Source: Gammaproteobacteria bacterium (lineage in GTDB: Bacteria > Pseudomonadota > Gammaproteobacteria > UBA4575). Taken from it: a stretch of DNA of 64,000 nucleotides. Shown here one piece after another: positions 1 to 10,032 of the stretch. The stretch covers positions 96,001 to 160,000 of the forward strand of contig CBDCUI010000009.1 in the NCBI GenBank assembly GCA_965222615.1, written 5' to 3'. A program made the translations under genes and the position numbers. The notes below the pieces were generated by a model. That model was not told where the DNA came from. It ran no database searches and saw only the letters and a program-made list of their open reading frames with translations. The first letter of the stretch is position 1. Each line of letters opens with the position of its first letter.

Positions 1-1779
1 GATGCTGCGCATTTTGAAATAGAAAGCAACGTTGGTTGGGGTGTTGGCGATAATATGTATTCCGGTTCTGTAGTTGTAGGAGGTAACGCAGGCGCAATAC
101 CTGGCGTTGCTATTCGCGGCGCTGAAATTGTTGTCCGTGGAAACATGGGTTCACGTGCGGGTCAGGTGATGAAAGCAGGGACGTTATGTTGTGCAGGCAA
201 TGCAAACTTTATGGCCGGTTATATGATGTATGGTGGTCGCATTATCATCTTGGGGAATTCAGGAGAGAAAGTCGGCGAGGATATGTCTGCAGGTGAAATA
301 TTTATTGGTGGGAAAGTTGAAAACTTAGGTTCTGATGCAGAGTTAACTGACATAGACAGCGCTGAAATAGATGATGTAATGGAATTTCTAGAGCGTTATA
401 AAATATCGTTCAAAGGGAATTTTCAAAAAGTAGTTAATGCGGGTAAGAAATTACGCTACGCAACTTCTGAACAACAAATGCGTAGTATCCCGTTTTATTC
501 ATTCTCAGGAACTTCCGATTACTGGAATCCTAAAATACAAGAAGACTTATACGTTAAATCTCAAATAGGGCGTTATCGAATCCGTGGATATGGTGGTGCA
601 AGACCATTGCCTCATTTTTCAGACATTACTTTTAAAAAAGATCTGTCCCTTGCTGGCAACGAGATAGATGTAGTTTCCAAAATAAAAATGCGCACTGAAA
701 TTGGCGGTATTAATGGCGCCGATCCACTTAAATTAAGTATGCCAGTGATGATCGCGCCTATGAGTTATGGTGCACTGAGTGCCTCTACCAAAAGAGCAAT
801 TGGACTTGCTTCTACACTTTCTGATATCGCCGAAAATACTGGTGAAGGGGGCATGAGTGATGCCCAACGTGATGCTGCCAAACAGCTGATATTTCAAATG
901 CTTGGTGGACGACTGGGTTGGAATATTCACGATATGAATCGTGCCGATGGTTTAGAAATTTACATATCACAAGGGGCGAAACCTGGTTTAGGTGGGCAAT
1001 TAATGGCGAAAAAAGTCACGCCTGAACTTGCCAAAATTAGAGGTATTCCGCCCGGTATCGATTTGCGTTCACCTTCTAGACACCCCGATATCTTAGGTGC
1101 AGATGATCTGGTAATTAAAGTCGAAGAGTTGCGTGAGGCAACCGGTTACCGATTGCCTGTCAGCATTAAGCTGGGTGCTGGCCGAGTTCGTGACGATATA
1201 AAAATTGCCGTTAAAGATGGTTTTGACTTTGTCGAATTGGATGGAATGCAAGGTTCTACCGGTGCTGGAAGTGCAGAAGTCATTGACTATGTAGGGGTCC
1301 CAACTTTACCGGCAATTATCGAAGCGCTTGATGCCTTAAAAGAAATTGGTAGGCGTGATGATATTCAGATTGTCCTAATGGGTGGAATCCGTGATGGTGT
1401 AGATGCGGTAAAAGCATTGTGTTTAGGTGCCGATGCAGTAGCTTTGGGTACATCAACCATCATTGCTGGTGGTTGTATTGCATGTATGCAATGTCATGTA
1501 GGTCAATGTGTGACAGGGATTGCAACCCAAGATCCTGAGCACGAAAAACGTTATGAACCTGAAGTCGAAGCGAAGAATATTCATCGCTTCTTAGAAAGTG
1601 TACGTTGGCAGATTGCTGCAATTGCAAATGAACTGGGGTATGACGATGTTACTCAATTTAATCGCAACGACTTAGTGGCACTAACACCGGAAGCTGCTGA
1701 TATGACTGGTTTACCTTATGAGCCTCAATATGGTCGTGCAGATATTGATATCGATATCAAAGTGAGGGCTGCAGTATGA
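1..1779 (+). CDS. GXGXG domain + FMN-binding glutamate synthase-family fusion (N-methylglutamate synthase MgsB-MgsC / GlxC-GlxD-like); 5' end outside the window
   Basis: Frame is open from base 1 (DAAHFEIESNVGWGVGDNMYSG...). GXGXG repeats (GNAGA, GNMGS, GNSGE) are followed by FMN-barrel motifs APMSYGALS, NTGEGG, ISQGAKPGLGGQL and the Fe-S motif CIACMQCHVGQCVTGIATQ. Confidence 0.85.
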   Translation, partial: DAAHFEIESNVGWGVGDNMYSGSVVVGGNAGAIPGVAIRGAEIVVRGNMGSRAGQVMKAGTLCCAGNANFMAGYMMYGGRIIILGNSGEKVGEDMSAGEIFIGGKVENLGSDAELTDIDSAEIDDVMEFLERYKISFKGNFQKVVNAGKKLRYATSEQQMRSIPFYSFSGTSDYWNPKIQEDLYVKSQIGRYRIRGYGGARPLPHFSDITFKKDLSLAGNEIDVVSKIKMRTEIGGINGADPLKLSMPVMIAPMSYGALSASTKRAIGLASTLSDIAENTGEGGMSDAQRDAAKQLIFQMLGGRLGWNIHDMNRADGLEIYISQGAKPGLGGQLMAKKVTPELAKIRGIPPGIDLRSPSRHPDILGADDLVIKVEELREATGYRLPVSIKLGAGRVRDDIKIAVKDGFDFVELDGMQGSTGAGSAEVIDYVGVPTLPAIIEALDALKEIGRRDDIQIVLMGGIRDGVDAVKALCLGADAVALGTSTIIAGGCIACMQCHVGQCVTGIATQDPEHEKRYEPEVEAKNIHRFLESVRWQIAAIANELGYDDVTQFNRNDLVALTPEAADMTGLPYEPQYGRADIDIDIKVRAAV

Positions 1780-4304
1780 GTACAGTCTACGATAGCAATA
1801 GAATTTTAATGCCTGAAGTCCCGCCTGATTATGAAGACCATACAGCTGATGTTAATTATGTGCCTGCACCATGTCAGGTTGCATGTCCAATTGGAACCGA
1901 CGCACCTTCATACATAGGTTATATTTGGGAAGGTAAATTTGATGAAGCCTTTGAAGCGATAATTGCAACCAATCCTTTCAGCTCTATTTGTGGTCGTGTG
2001 TGTGATGCACCTTGTGAACCTGCTTGTCGGCGTACAGACAGTGATGGGCCATTACAAATTCGCAATTTAAAACGCTTCGTAATGGATAAACTAGGCGCAA
2101 CTTATGAGCCTAAGCCTGTTGAAGTTACACAATCAAAAACAATAGGTATTGTCGGTTCTGGTCCTGCTGGACTTACTGCTGCACATGAATTATGCGTTGC
2201 TGGATTTGAAGTGCATATATATGAAATGACAGATCGCCTTGGTGGCATGATGATTTGGGGGATACCTGCATTTAGGTTACCCGCAGGCATTATTGAAGAA
2301 GATATTAACCGTCTACTTAAAAAGTGCCCGGGCTTGCACATTCATTTGAACACTGGGCTTGGAAAGGAAATTTCTTTAGATGAATTAAAATCTAAACACG
2401 ATGCAGTTTTGTTAACCATTGGCTCTTGGTGGGGGAAGCCTATGGGAATTCCTGGCGAAGAAAATAATGAGAATGTTATCGATGGGGTAAGTTTTTTACG
2501 GCGCGTCAATGCAGGTGAACGACCTACATTACCAGAGACGGTGGTAGTAGTAGGGGGTGGAGACGTTGCCATGGACGCATGTCGTGCTGCCTTGCGATTA
2601 CCTGGATGCAAAAACGTAAAAGTTATCTATCGGCGTGGACCTGATGAAATCCCAGCACGAAAAATTGAACTTGAAGGTGCCATAGAAGAAGGGATTGAAT
2701 TTATTTATTTCACACAACAAGTAGCTGTTAACCAAAAAGATAATAAATTATTTCTTCAATGTGTAAAAACTGAGTTAAGTGAAGAGGATGAAGACGGGCG
2801 TCGCCTACCCAAAACAGTAAATGGCAGCGAGCACGATATTGAATGCGGTATGATCATTGCGGCTGTTGGGCAAAAAGGTGAATGTGATGAGCTAGCAAAA
2901 AATAAGCTAATGGATACCGATCGTGTTCACACAGATTGGGACACTATGCGTACTCAAGATAAAAAAGTTTTTGCTGCAGGCGATGGTGCATTTGGAGGAT
3001 CTACTATTGTAATGGCTATGCATCATGGGCAACGCGCTGCTTACTATATAAACTCATTTTTAAACGGAAATCACAATCCGATCCCATACAGAACACCCTA
3101 CCGAACGCGTAGAGTCCCAGTCGCACAAGATATTAAATGGGAAAAATTCAATCCTCATCATCCTGAGTTTTTTGGGGTAGGGGATGATCCTGTCAGTTTT
3201 CCTGAAATAGAGGCTACATATGATTGGGAAACCGCACGGAATGAAGCTGCACGCTGTTATCGTTGTGATGCGGAGACCGGTTCGCCTGATTACTCTGTAG
3301 CGCATCGCGAAGATATTTTTTCCATGGCACGCACAAATCCTGCAGATCATATGAAGCTAAAATCCATGTTGCAAAAGAGATTACGGACGCGTAGTAACCC
3401 GTTCCCAGAAAATCGAGCACCAAATTTGGATGATATTGTGTTTCTACCTGCGAATTTATCCAGATTAGTGATTGATCCTTATCGAGAGGCATGCAATGTA
3501 GTTACAGATCTTGCTAATAAATTACATTTAGAACATCCCTTTCTAATTACTGGCTTTGATAATGAGCCACAAGAGATTTTTGCAGCGGTATGTGAAGGTT
3601 GTACCTTATCCGATACAGCCTATTTTGGACGCAAGAATCCTGGTAATGAGGTGAGCTGGTTACAATTAAGTTCATCTTTGTCGGAACAAACATCAAATGC
3701 AGCCGCTTATGTTTATCATTTAAATAAAGATGAGGAACCTATTGCACTTGTCCCTGCTAGCGACCAACAACTTGTAGGATTTGCCGTTTCTTCTCGCCAC
3801 AATCTGGAGCAAGTAATAACTCGTTCCTTAGAGGATAAACATGACATTCTGGTATTAGATGCGACTGGAAGCCTCGATTCCAATTGGTCAGAGCTTACCG
3901 CTGTGCCTGATTTTTGTATCTTGCGAGATGCGATCCATATATTGCGCGCTATGAAGAAAGAGGAAATGATTGAGCTTGTTTATTTTGGTGGTGTGCGATC
4001 CGGTACGGATACCGCAAAATTAATCGGCCTAGGTGCGAACGCAGTTGTTATGGGTGTTTGTGTTGGACTTGCTATGGGTGGTGAAATTCATGATGGCAAG
4101 GTTGTATTTAGCTCAAATTATTCTAACGCTGATCGTGTTCAAGGTTTAATAAATATTGTTAAAGCCAATTTAGGGGAGGCGTCTATGATGGCACGTTGTA
4201 CCGGTAAGACTAATTTATATAATATAGAACCTGAAGATTTAAGCGCAATTACAAGGGCAACATCCACGGTTACTGGAATTCCGATACCTGGAAAGTGTGC
4301 CTAA
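1776..4304 (+). CDS. GltD-like FAD/NAD(P)-binding Fe-S oxidoreductase fused to a C-terminal degenerate glutamate synthase FMN barrel
   Basis: CQVACP and CGRVCDAPCEPAC clusters, GSGPAG and GGGDVAMD Rossmann motifs, EAARCYRC, then DDIVFLPANLSRL and GGVRSGTDTAKLIGLGA. ATGA overlap with the upstream gene. Confidence 0.8.
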   Translation: MSTVYDSNRILMPEVPPDYEDHTADVNYVPAPCQVACPIGTDAPSYIGYIWEGKFDEAFEAIIATNPFSSICGRVCDAPCEPACRRTDSDGPLQIRNLKRFVMDKLGATYEPKPVEVTQSKTIGIVGSGPAGLTAAHELCVAGFEVHIYEMTDRLGGMMIWGIPAFRLPAGIIEEDINRLLKKCPGLHIHLNTGLGKEISLDELKSKHDAVLLTIGSWWGKPMGIPGEENNENVIDGVSFLRRVNAGERPTLPETVVVVGGGDVAMDACRAALRLPGCKNVKVIYRRGPDEIPARKIELEGAIEEGIEFIYFTQQVAVNQKDNKLFLQCVKTELSEEDEDGRRLPKTVNGSEHDIECGMIIAAVGQKGECDELAKNKLMDTDRVHTDWDTMRTQDKKVFAAGDGAFGGSTIVMAMHHGQRAAYYINSFLNGNHNPIPYRTPYRTRRVPVAQDIKWEKFNPHHPEFFGVGDDPVSFPEIEATYDWETARNEAARCYRCDAETGSPDYSVAHREDIFSMARTNPADHMKLKSMLQKRLRTRSNPFPENRAPNLDDIVFLPANLSRLVIDPYREACNVVTDLANKLHLEHPFLITGFDNEPQEIFAAVCEGCTLSDTAYFGRKNPGNEVSWLQLSSSLSEQTSNAAAYVYHLNKDEEPIALVPASDQQLVGFAVSSRHNLEQVITRSLEDKHDILVLDATGSLDSNWSELTAVPDFCILRDAIHILRAMKKEEMIELVYFGGVRSGTDTAKLIGLGANAVVMGVCVGLAMGGEIHDGKVVFSSNYSNADRVQGLINIVKANLGEASMMARCTGKTNLYNIEPEDLSAITRATSTVTGIPIPGKCA

Positions 4305-4400
4305 TTGAATCAAAAATAGTTCAAGTAAAAACTGATTGCTTAATCGACGACGTTGCAAAAGATTAGTTTTAAGTCAAAACCAAGTCGTATCTTTGTAAGT

Positions 4401-5108
4401 TTATAATAATAAGACAATTCGACTTTCGTACGCCAATAGACTCCCCAATACGATTGTTGTGAGACCAATGGCAAGATGAAATCCATTATGTAACCAGGTT
4501 AATCCTCTACTTGAGTAACGTAATGGTATGGAAATAACCACAGACAGTAGAGCCATGCCAACAATAGACCCAAGACCGAAAAGTGTCATGTACAAAAGTC
4601 CTATTATTGGGGACTTTACCGATTCCATAGTCAATAGTATCAATACTGCAGAACCTGCCATGCCATGCATAAGACCTACAAATAATGCACGAAATGGAAA
4701 AGCATTTGTATGTTCATGTTGGTGGTTCTCAAGACGGTGTTCTTTTTCACCGCGGTGGGAATGAGCATGAAAATGTTCTTGTCCGTCTTTGTGTTTATGG
4801 ATATGAAAATGAACTTTGTCTTTCAATAAACGCCTCAATACGTCGACACCAAGAACAATCAACATTAAGCCAACAACAAGTTCTAAACCTAGTGCAATAC
4901 GTTCTGGTACCATACTATCCATTACTATGACTATTGAACCAAAAAGAAATAGGGTTACAGTATGTCCAAGTCCCCATACGGTACCTTGTTTAATAGAGTT
5001 TGTTAATGAGCTGTTTTTGGTAACTAATGACGCCACTGCAGCAACATGGTCTGCCTCAAGTGCATGACGCATACCAATTAGAAATCCCAAAAATAATATG
5101 CTGAACAT
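4401..5108 (-). CDS. nickel transporter, NiCoT/UreH-like
   Basis: HALEADHVAAV, WGLGHT, a His-rich loop and VGLMHGMAGSA; last gene of the hyp operon. Confidence 0.85.
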   Translation of the reverse strand: MFSILFLGFLIGMRHALEADHVAAVASLVTKNSSLTNSIKQGTVWGLGHTVTLFLFGSIVIVMDSMVPERIALGLELVVGLMLIVLGVDVLRRLLKDKVHFHIHKHKDGQEHFHAHSHRGEKEHRLENHQHEHTNAFPFRALFVGLMHGMAGSAVLILLTMESVKSPIIGLLYMTLFGLGSIVGMALLSVVISIPLRYSSRGLTWLHNGFHLAIGLTTIVLGSLLAYESRIVLLL

Positions 5109-5920
5109 TATGCGGTAGCTCGATTATTGTTATTCAGTTGAAGTTGTTCTTGTAACCATTGATACCAGATTTCCATACCTTCGCCTGAAGTGGCGGATAT
5201 TTTAAACACTTTTATATCTGGGTTCACTGTACGTGCGTAGTTTATACATACATCAACATCAAATGAAACATAAGGCAGTAAATCGACTTTATTTAAAATC
5301 ATAACATCCGCTGCTCGAAACATGTGCGGGTATTTTACGGGTTTATCTTCGCCTTCAGTGACCGATAATATCGCGATTTTATGTTTTTCACCTAAATCAA
5401 ATAGAGCCGGGCATACTAAGTTGCCAACGTTTTCTATCATGACTACAGAGTTCAGAGGGGGTTGTAATCCCTTAAGTCCTTTTGCCAGCATATCTGCTTC
5501 TAAGTGACAACCTGTGCCCGTATTGATCTGTACGACATTACAGCCTGTCTCCTTAATGCGTTTTGCATCGTTTAACGTTTCTTGATCACCTTCGATCACG
5601 TTTATCGGTAAGTCATTTTTAAGATCACGAATTGTTCGTTCAAGGAAAGTGGTTTTACCTGAGCCAGGCGAGCTGACAAGATTGAGTGCAAGTATGTTCC
5701 TTCCTTCAAACCAGCCACGATTTTTTTCGGCGAGTAAATTATTTTTAGCAAGAATCTCTTCTTCTAATTGAATGGTACTGCCATGCATCTCAGCATGAGT
5801 ATGCTGATGGTCGTGTTCATGAGTATGCTCATGATGATGTTCAATCAGTGCGACTTCATCAGTTTCAAGATTGGTAACCTTTGCTTTAGCATTATCTGAA
5901 CATCCACAAGTTGTACACAT
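5108..5920 (-). CDS. hypB: hydrogenase nickel incorporation GTPase HypB
   Basis: N-terminal MCTTCGC, His-rich tract, SSPGSGKTT, GCHL, ENVGNLVCPA, NKVD. Confidence 0.97.
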   Translation of the reverse strand: MCTTCGCSDNAKAKVTNLETDEVALIEHHHEHTHEHDHQHTHAEMHGSTIQLEEEILAKNNLLAEKNRGWFEGRNILALNLVSSPGSGKTTFLERTIRDLKNDLPINVIEGDQETLNDAKRIKETGCNVVQINTGTGCHLEADMLAKGLKGLQPPLNSVVMIENVGNLVCPALFDLGEKHKIAILSVTEGEDKPVKYPHMFRAADVMILNKVDLLPYVSFDVDVCINYARTVNPDIKVFKISATSGEGMEIWYQWLQEQLQLNNNNRATA

Positions 5921-6249
5921 TAGTACACCTCCATTTCTTTAATTTTCATTTCCTCACCGGCGATACACTTGATATGGCTACTGCCGCATTCACATTGTCC
6001 AAACAACTGATTTAATTCCAATTCTGTGCCACATTCTTCACAGCGACCTTTTCCAGGAATTTCATCGATAATCAACGTGGCTCCCTCAAGCTGTGTATTT
6101 TTACTGCATATATCAAAACAAAAACGAATTGCATCAGGCATGATTGCCGAAAGTGTTCCAATTTCTAAAGATACCCGCTTGACTTTATTACTGCCCGCAT
6201 GCTCATTGACAATTGCAACTATGTTACGAGTGATGCCTAGTTCATGCAT
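5920..6249 (-). CDS. hypA: hydrogenase nickel metallochaperone HypA
   Basis: Canonical MHE start at 6249; CEEC and CECG zinc ligands. Confidence 0.95.
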   Translation of the reverse strand: MHELGITRNIVAIVNEHAGSNKVKRVSLEIGTLSAIMPDAIRFCFDICSKNTQLEGATLIIDEIPGKGRCEECGTELELNQLFGQCECGSSHIKCIAGEEMKIKEMEVY

Positions 6250-6832
6250 TGGGAAGCTCTCCAAGTGAAAGAGGTTTAGATAAGTGCATCATGCTAAAAG
6301 CGGATTGAAGAGATAATAACCACAGTTTTGTGCTCAATTCAGTTTTAAATGCATTAAATGCTTCTTTATCTTGAGGAGTTTCCTTAGCAGTATTGAGTCG
6401 GTCCAATAATTCATAAAATGAGTTCGGGACAAATCCAGAACGTAAATTTATCTTTACTGCAGAACAACCGTTGCTCACCCACCATTCAAATTTCATATCT
6501 CGGCTACAGCCTATAGCATCAGCAACTTCCGGTGTTAAGCGGAATCGTTTTTTAGTAACGCAACAAGTGACAAAATCGATTGCATCCAACACACCTGGAC
6601 CCGGGTGTGCACTTACGATATATAAATTATCTCGATCCCAGATCGATTGTTGTGATAAAGCTTCAGCGGCCATTTGCATGGCGCGAAAACCTACAGTACA
6701 ACCCCACCATGAATCACCAGAATGAAAGTCTTCAAGATCGGAGTAATGTACAGTAATTACTTTACCTTGGTCTGCAATTTTTATCTCACGGCTTTCTTGC
6801 ATGGTTTTTAAATTAGCTAAGTTCATTAACAA
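6242..6832 (-). CDS. FmdE-like domain protein (true start probably 6826 or 6802)
   Basis: FHSGDSWWGCTVGFRAM and HPGPGVLDAIDFVT resemble the FmdE-family FH..G...G.R / D A..VT pattern. Confidence 0.55.
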   Translation of the reverse strand: MLMNLANLKTMQESREIKIADQGKVITVHYSDLEDFHSGDSWWGCTVGFRAMQMAAEALSQQSIWDRDNLYIVSAHPGPGVLDAIDFVTCCVTKKRFRLTPEVADAIGCSRDMKFEWWVSNGCSAVKINLRSGFVPNSFYELLDRLNTAKETPQDKEAFNAFKTELSTKLWLLSLQSAFSMMHLSKPLSLGELPNA

Positions 6833-7890
6833 ATCCTGGGGAGTTGTTCGCCAACTAACATATCGACGATGCGTTCACCACCAAACAAAGTAGATAGAAC
6901 GACTGTTTTAGAAGGAGATACAATTATTTCTCCTATGATAGAGCTGTGTAGTCCAGCAGGATGTGCCTGCATCACCTCGAGAAGTTTTTCGGCATGGTCA
7001 GCAGGAACGATTGCAACTAGTTTGCCTTCATTGGCAAGATATAGAGGGTCTAAGCCTAGTATTTCACACATTCCTCTTACTTCGTCACGTAAAGGAATTG
7101 CCGACTCATCAAGTCGAACTCCAACATCACTACTTTGTGCAAATTCATTTAAGACTGTTGCAACTCCACCTCGTGTTGCATCACGCATGCAATGAATATC
7201 AGGGCATACCTTCAACATTTCAGAAACTAAAGAATTAAGTGGTTGGCAATCTGTTTTAATACTATTGTTTAATGACATCTCCCCACGTGCATCGACGATT
7301 GCTGCTCCATGATCCCCAATGTAGCCATTAATGATGATTACATCTCCTGCTAGTGCGCCATGTGAGTTGATGTTGATGCCTTTAGGAATTACACCAATAC
7401 CTGCAGTATTGATAAATAACTTATCCGCGGCGCCTCGATGTACGACTTTTGTATCGCCGGTTACAATTTTTACCTTGGCTTGATCGGCAGTGCTTTTCAT
7501 TGATAAAACAATTTGGCGTAAATCATCAATCGACATGCCTTCTTCTATAATCATGCTGCAAGTTAAATACAATGGCGTGGCACCACCTACAGCTAAATCG
7601 TTTACCGTACCGGTTACTGCCAGTTTGCCGATATCACCACCAGGGAAAAACAATGGATCAATCACATAGGAATCTGTGGTGAAAGCTATTCGATCGCCAT
7701 TTAAATTAAGTGCCGCAAGATCAAATCGTGCTTGATCTTCTAATCGTGATAATTCTGAGTTATCAAAAGTGCTTACAAAGAGATCATCTATAAGATCGCG
7801 CATGGCCTTACCGCCACTACCATGAGCAAGCGTAATGGTATTCGCTCTTGAAGATGTATTACTTGGCTTGATTGCGGTTACTGTACTCAT
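6826..7890 (-). CDS. hypE: hydrogenase maturation protein HypE
   Basis: HGSGG, TTDSYVIDPLFFPGGDIG, GDTKVV, RDATRGG, C-terminal PRIC. Confidence 0.97.
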   Translation of the reverse strand: MSTVTAIKPSNTSSRANTITLAHGSGGKAMRDLIDDLFVSTFDNSELSRLEDQARFDLAALNLNGDRIAFTTDSYVIDPLFFPGGDIGKLAVTGTVNDLAVGGATPLYLTCSMIIEEGMSIDDLRQIVLSMKSTADQAKVKIVTGDTKVVHRGAADKLFINTAGIGVIPKGININSHGALAGDVIIINGYIGDHGAAIVDARGEMSLNNSIKTDCQPLNSLVSEMLKVCPDIHCMRDATRGGVATVLNEFAQSSDVGVRLDESAIPLRDEVRGMCEILGLDPLYLANEGKLVAIVPADHAEKLLEVMQAHPAGLHSSIIGEIIVSPSKTVVLSTLFGGERIVDMLVGEQLPRIC

Positions 7891-7892
7891 GG

Positions 7893-9047
7893 CTAAATGG
7901 CATTGGCTTTGTTGAGCTCACGTTTTTGCAACAACTCATTTAAATTTCCAAAATTGTAATAAGCCGCGCATGCACCTTCCGTGGATACCATCAATGCACC
8001 CATTGGTGTTTCAGGTGTGCAGGCGCTACCAAAAACTTTACATTCCCAAGGCCTTATCGAGCCTTTTAACACTTCACCGCATTGACAAGATTTAGGGTCG
8101 GCAATTTTTATATTAGGCACTGCAAATTTACGTTCTGCATCATAGTGTGCATAGGCATCGCGCATGCGTACCCCTGAATGGTCAATCGAACCTAATCCGC
8201 GCCATTCGAAGAATTCACGTAATTCAAATACTTTTGATATGGCCTCAAGTCCAGGTTCATTGCCATCTGCAGGTACAATTCGCGAATATTGGTTTTCAAC
8301 TTCAACCCGTTTTTCTATTAACTGACGCAACAGCATCCAAATGGACTGAAGGATATCCAATGGTTCAAAACCGGTTATTACAATAGGTTTCTGATAAGTT
8401 TCCGCGACGAAATCAAACGGTCGTTCACCAACAACCATGCTGACGTGACCCGGGGCAAGAAATCCGTCAATTTTCATATCGGGCGAATCCAATATCGCCT
8501 TGATAGTGGGTACCGTAGTAATGTGATTACAAAAGAGTGAAAAGTTTGTAATGTGCTCTGCTTCGGCTTGTAACACGGTAAGTGCAGTACTGGGCATGGT
8601 GGTTTCAAAGCCCAGTGCAAAAAAGATGACTTCACGTTCTGGATTTTCTCGTGTAAGTTGCAGTGCATCCAATGGCGAGTACACCATACGAATATCAGCC
8701 CCATCTGCTTTTGCTTGTAAAAGGGTTTTTCTCGATCCAGGTACGCGCATGGCATCGCCAAAGGTTGTGAAAATTACATTTGGACGTTCTGCAAGTACAA
8801 CGCAATCATCTACTCGGCCCATGGGTAGCACACACACCGGACAACCAGGGCCGTGTACTAACTCTATTTCTTTGGGCAGCATTTGTTCTACGCCGTAGCG
8901 AAAAATTGTGTGCGTATGTCCACCACAAAATTCCATCAACTGCAATGGATGTTTTGTTGAAATAGCTAATTGCTCAACTTGTTCACAAATTTTATCGACA
9001 AGTACACTTGCCTTATCGGGGTTACGAAATTCGTCAACATATTTCAT
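7893..9047 (-). CDS. hypD: hydrogenase maturation protein HypD
   Basis: MKYVDEFR start at 9047 (ATGA overlap); CGGHTH, GPGCPVC, GFETT, PGHVS, MVSTEGACAAYY. Confidence 0.97.
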   Translation of the reverse strand: MKYVDEFRNPDKASVLVDKICEQVEQLAISTKHPLQLMEFCGGHTHTIFRYGVEQMLPKEIELVHGPGCPVCVLPMGRVDDCVVLAERPNVIFTTFGDAMRVPGSRKTLLQAKADGADIRMVYSPLDALQLTRENPEREVIFFALGFETTMPSTALTVLQAEAEHITNFSLFCNHITTVPTIKAILDSPDMKIDGFLAPGHVSMVVGERPFDFVAETYQKPIVITGFEPLDILQSIWMLLRQLIEKRVEVENQYSRIVPADGNEPGLEAISKVFELREFFEWRGLGSIDHSGVRMRDAYAHYDAERKFAVPNIKIADPKSCQCGEVLKGSIRPWECKVFGSACTPETPMGALMVSTEGACAAYYNFGNLNELLQKRELNKANAI

Positions 9048-9733
9048 TGTTGTTTGCTTCCCAATTTTCCACGACAGTCTGCAAGCAAAGTATGGGTTAA
9101 ATCCCAAAGAATGTGATAGGTAGCAACATGAACTTCTTGCACACGGTGAATAGAATCTGTCTTTACCACTAGACAATGATCGACTAGTTGGCTGGATTTC
9201 ATTTCGCCTCCATCACCACCAGCTAAACCAAAAGTGGTTAAACCGATATCTTTGGCTTTTTCATACGCAGCCATTAAATTCGATGAGTTACCGCTGGTGG
9301 AAAAACCGATTAAACCATCGTTATTTTTTCCATGTGCTTCGAGTTGTCGAACAAATATATGTGTACTGCCCACATCATTTGCTACTGCACTGATCATGGC
9401 ATTATCCATAGTGAGATTAAGCGCCGGTAGTGCAGGGCGGCCAGTCGTGATTGGATGTTGAAACTCCACGGCAAAGTGTGCGGCATCACAACTGGACCCT
9501 CCATTACCCATGCTTAACATACGCCCTTGATTGATATAGACATTGGCAATGGCCTTTGCAGTTGCAATGATGGCGTCTGCATTTTGTTGAAAGAATTGTT
9601 GTTTAACCGACACACTGTGTTCGGATTTTTGTTTGACAGATTCGAGCAATGCTTGATTTTCAAGCTCTGGATCTTTCTTACTTCCATGTAGGAAAGGATA
9701 AAGGTCGTTGACAATTGTTGAAGTATTGCTCAT
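9044..9733 (-). CDS. SIS-domain GmhA-like (phosphoheptose isomerase family) protein in the hyp operon
   Basis: GNGGSSCDAAH, AVANDVG, STSGNS, RVQEVH. Confidence 0.85.
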   Translation of the reverse strand: MSNTSTIVNDLYPFLHGSKKDPELENQALLESVKQKSEHSVSVKQQFFQQNADAIIATAKAIANVYINQGRMLSMGNGGSSCDAAHFAVEFQHPITTGRPALPALNLTMDNAMISAVANDVGSTHIFVRQLEAHGKNNDGLIGFSTSGNSSNLMAAYEKAKDIGLTTFGLAGGDGGEMKSSQLVDHCLVVKTDSIHRVQEVHVATYHILWDLTHTLLADCRGKLGSKQQ

Positions 9734-9748
9734 AGGTAATCTTTAAAG

Positions 9749-10030
9749 TTAATGCAATGTCGATGACTTAATCGATTGTAATTCTGCTTGTGCCTCATCT
9801 AACTCGGTTAACAGTGCTAGCGTTTTTTTCGCCTCTTCTTCATTTATTCTGCTCATCGCAAATCCGACGTGCACCAACACCCAATCGCCCACACATGCTT
9901 CAATGGGATGGTCCTCGGTTACAATGCAGGCGATGTTGACAGGGCGCTTTATCCCAGATACATCAACGATTGCTTGTTTTGTTTCTACATCTAAAATTTC
10001 TGTAATTTGGCCAGGAATACCAAGACACAT
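9749..10030 (-). CDS. hypC: hydrogenase chaperone HypC
   Basis: MCLGIPG and VGDWVLVHVGFA. Confidence 0.97.
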   Translation of the reverse strand: MCLGIPGQITEILDVETKQAIVDVSGIKRPVNIACIVTEDHPIEACVGDWVLVHVGFAMSRINEEEAKKTLALLTELDEAQAELQSIKSSTLH

Positions 10031-10032
10031 AA

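Noticed and set aside
9048-9176. N-terminal extension of HypD (similar extensions on TadB 25340-25513, HypA, HypF and the SUKH gene)
   Set aside because: The extensions overlap upstream genes; internal ATGs give canonical starts.
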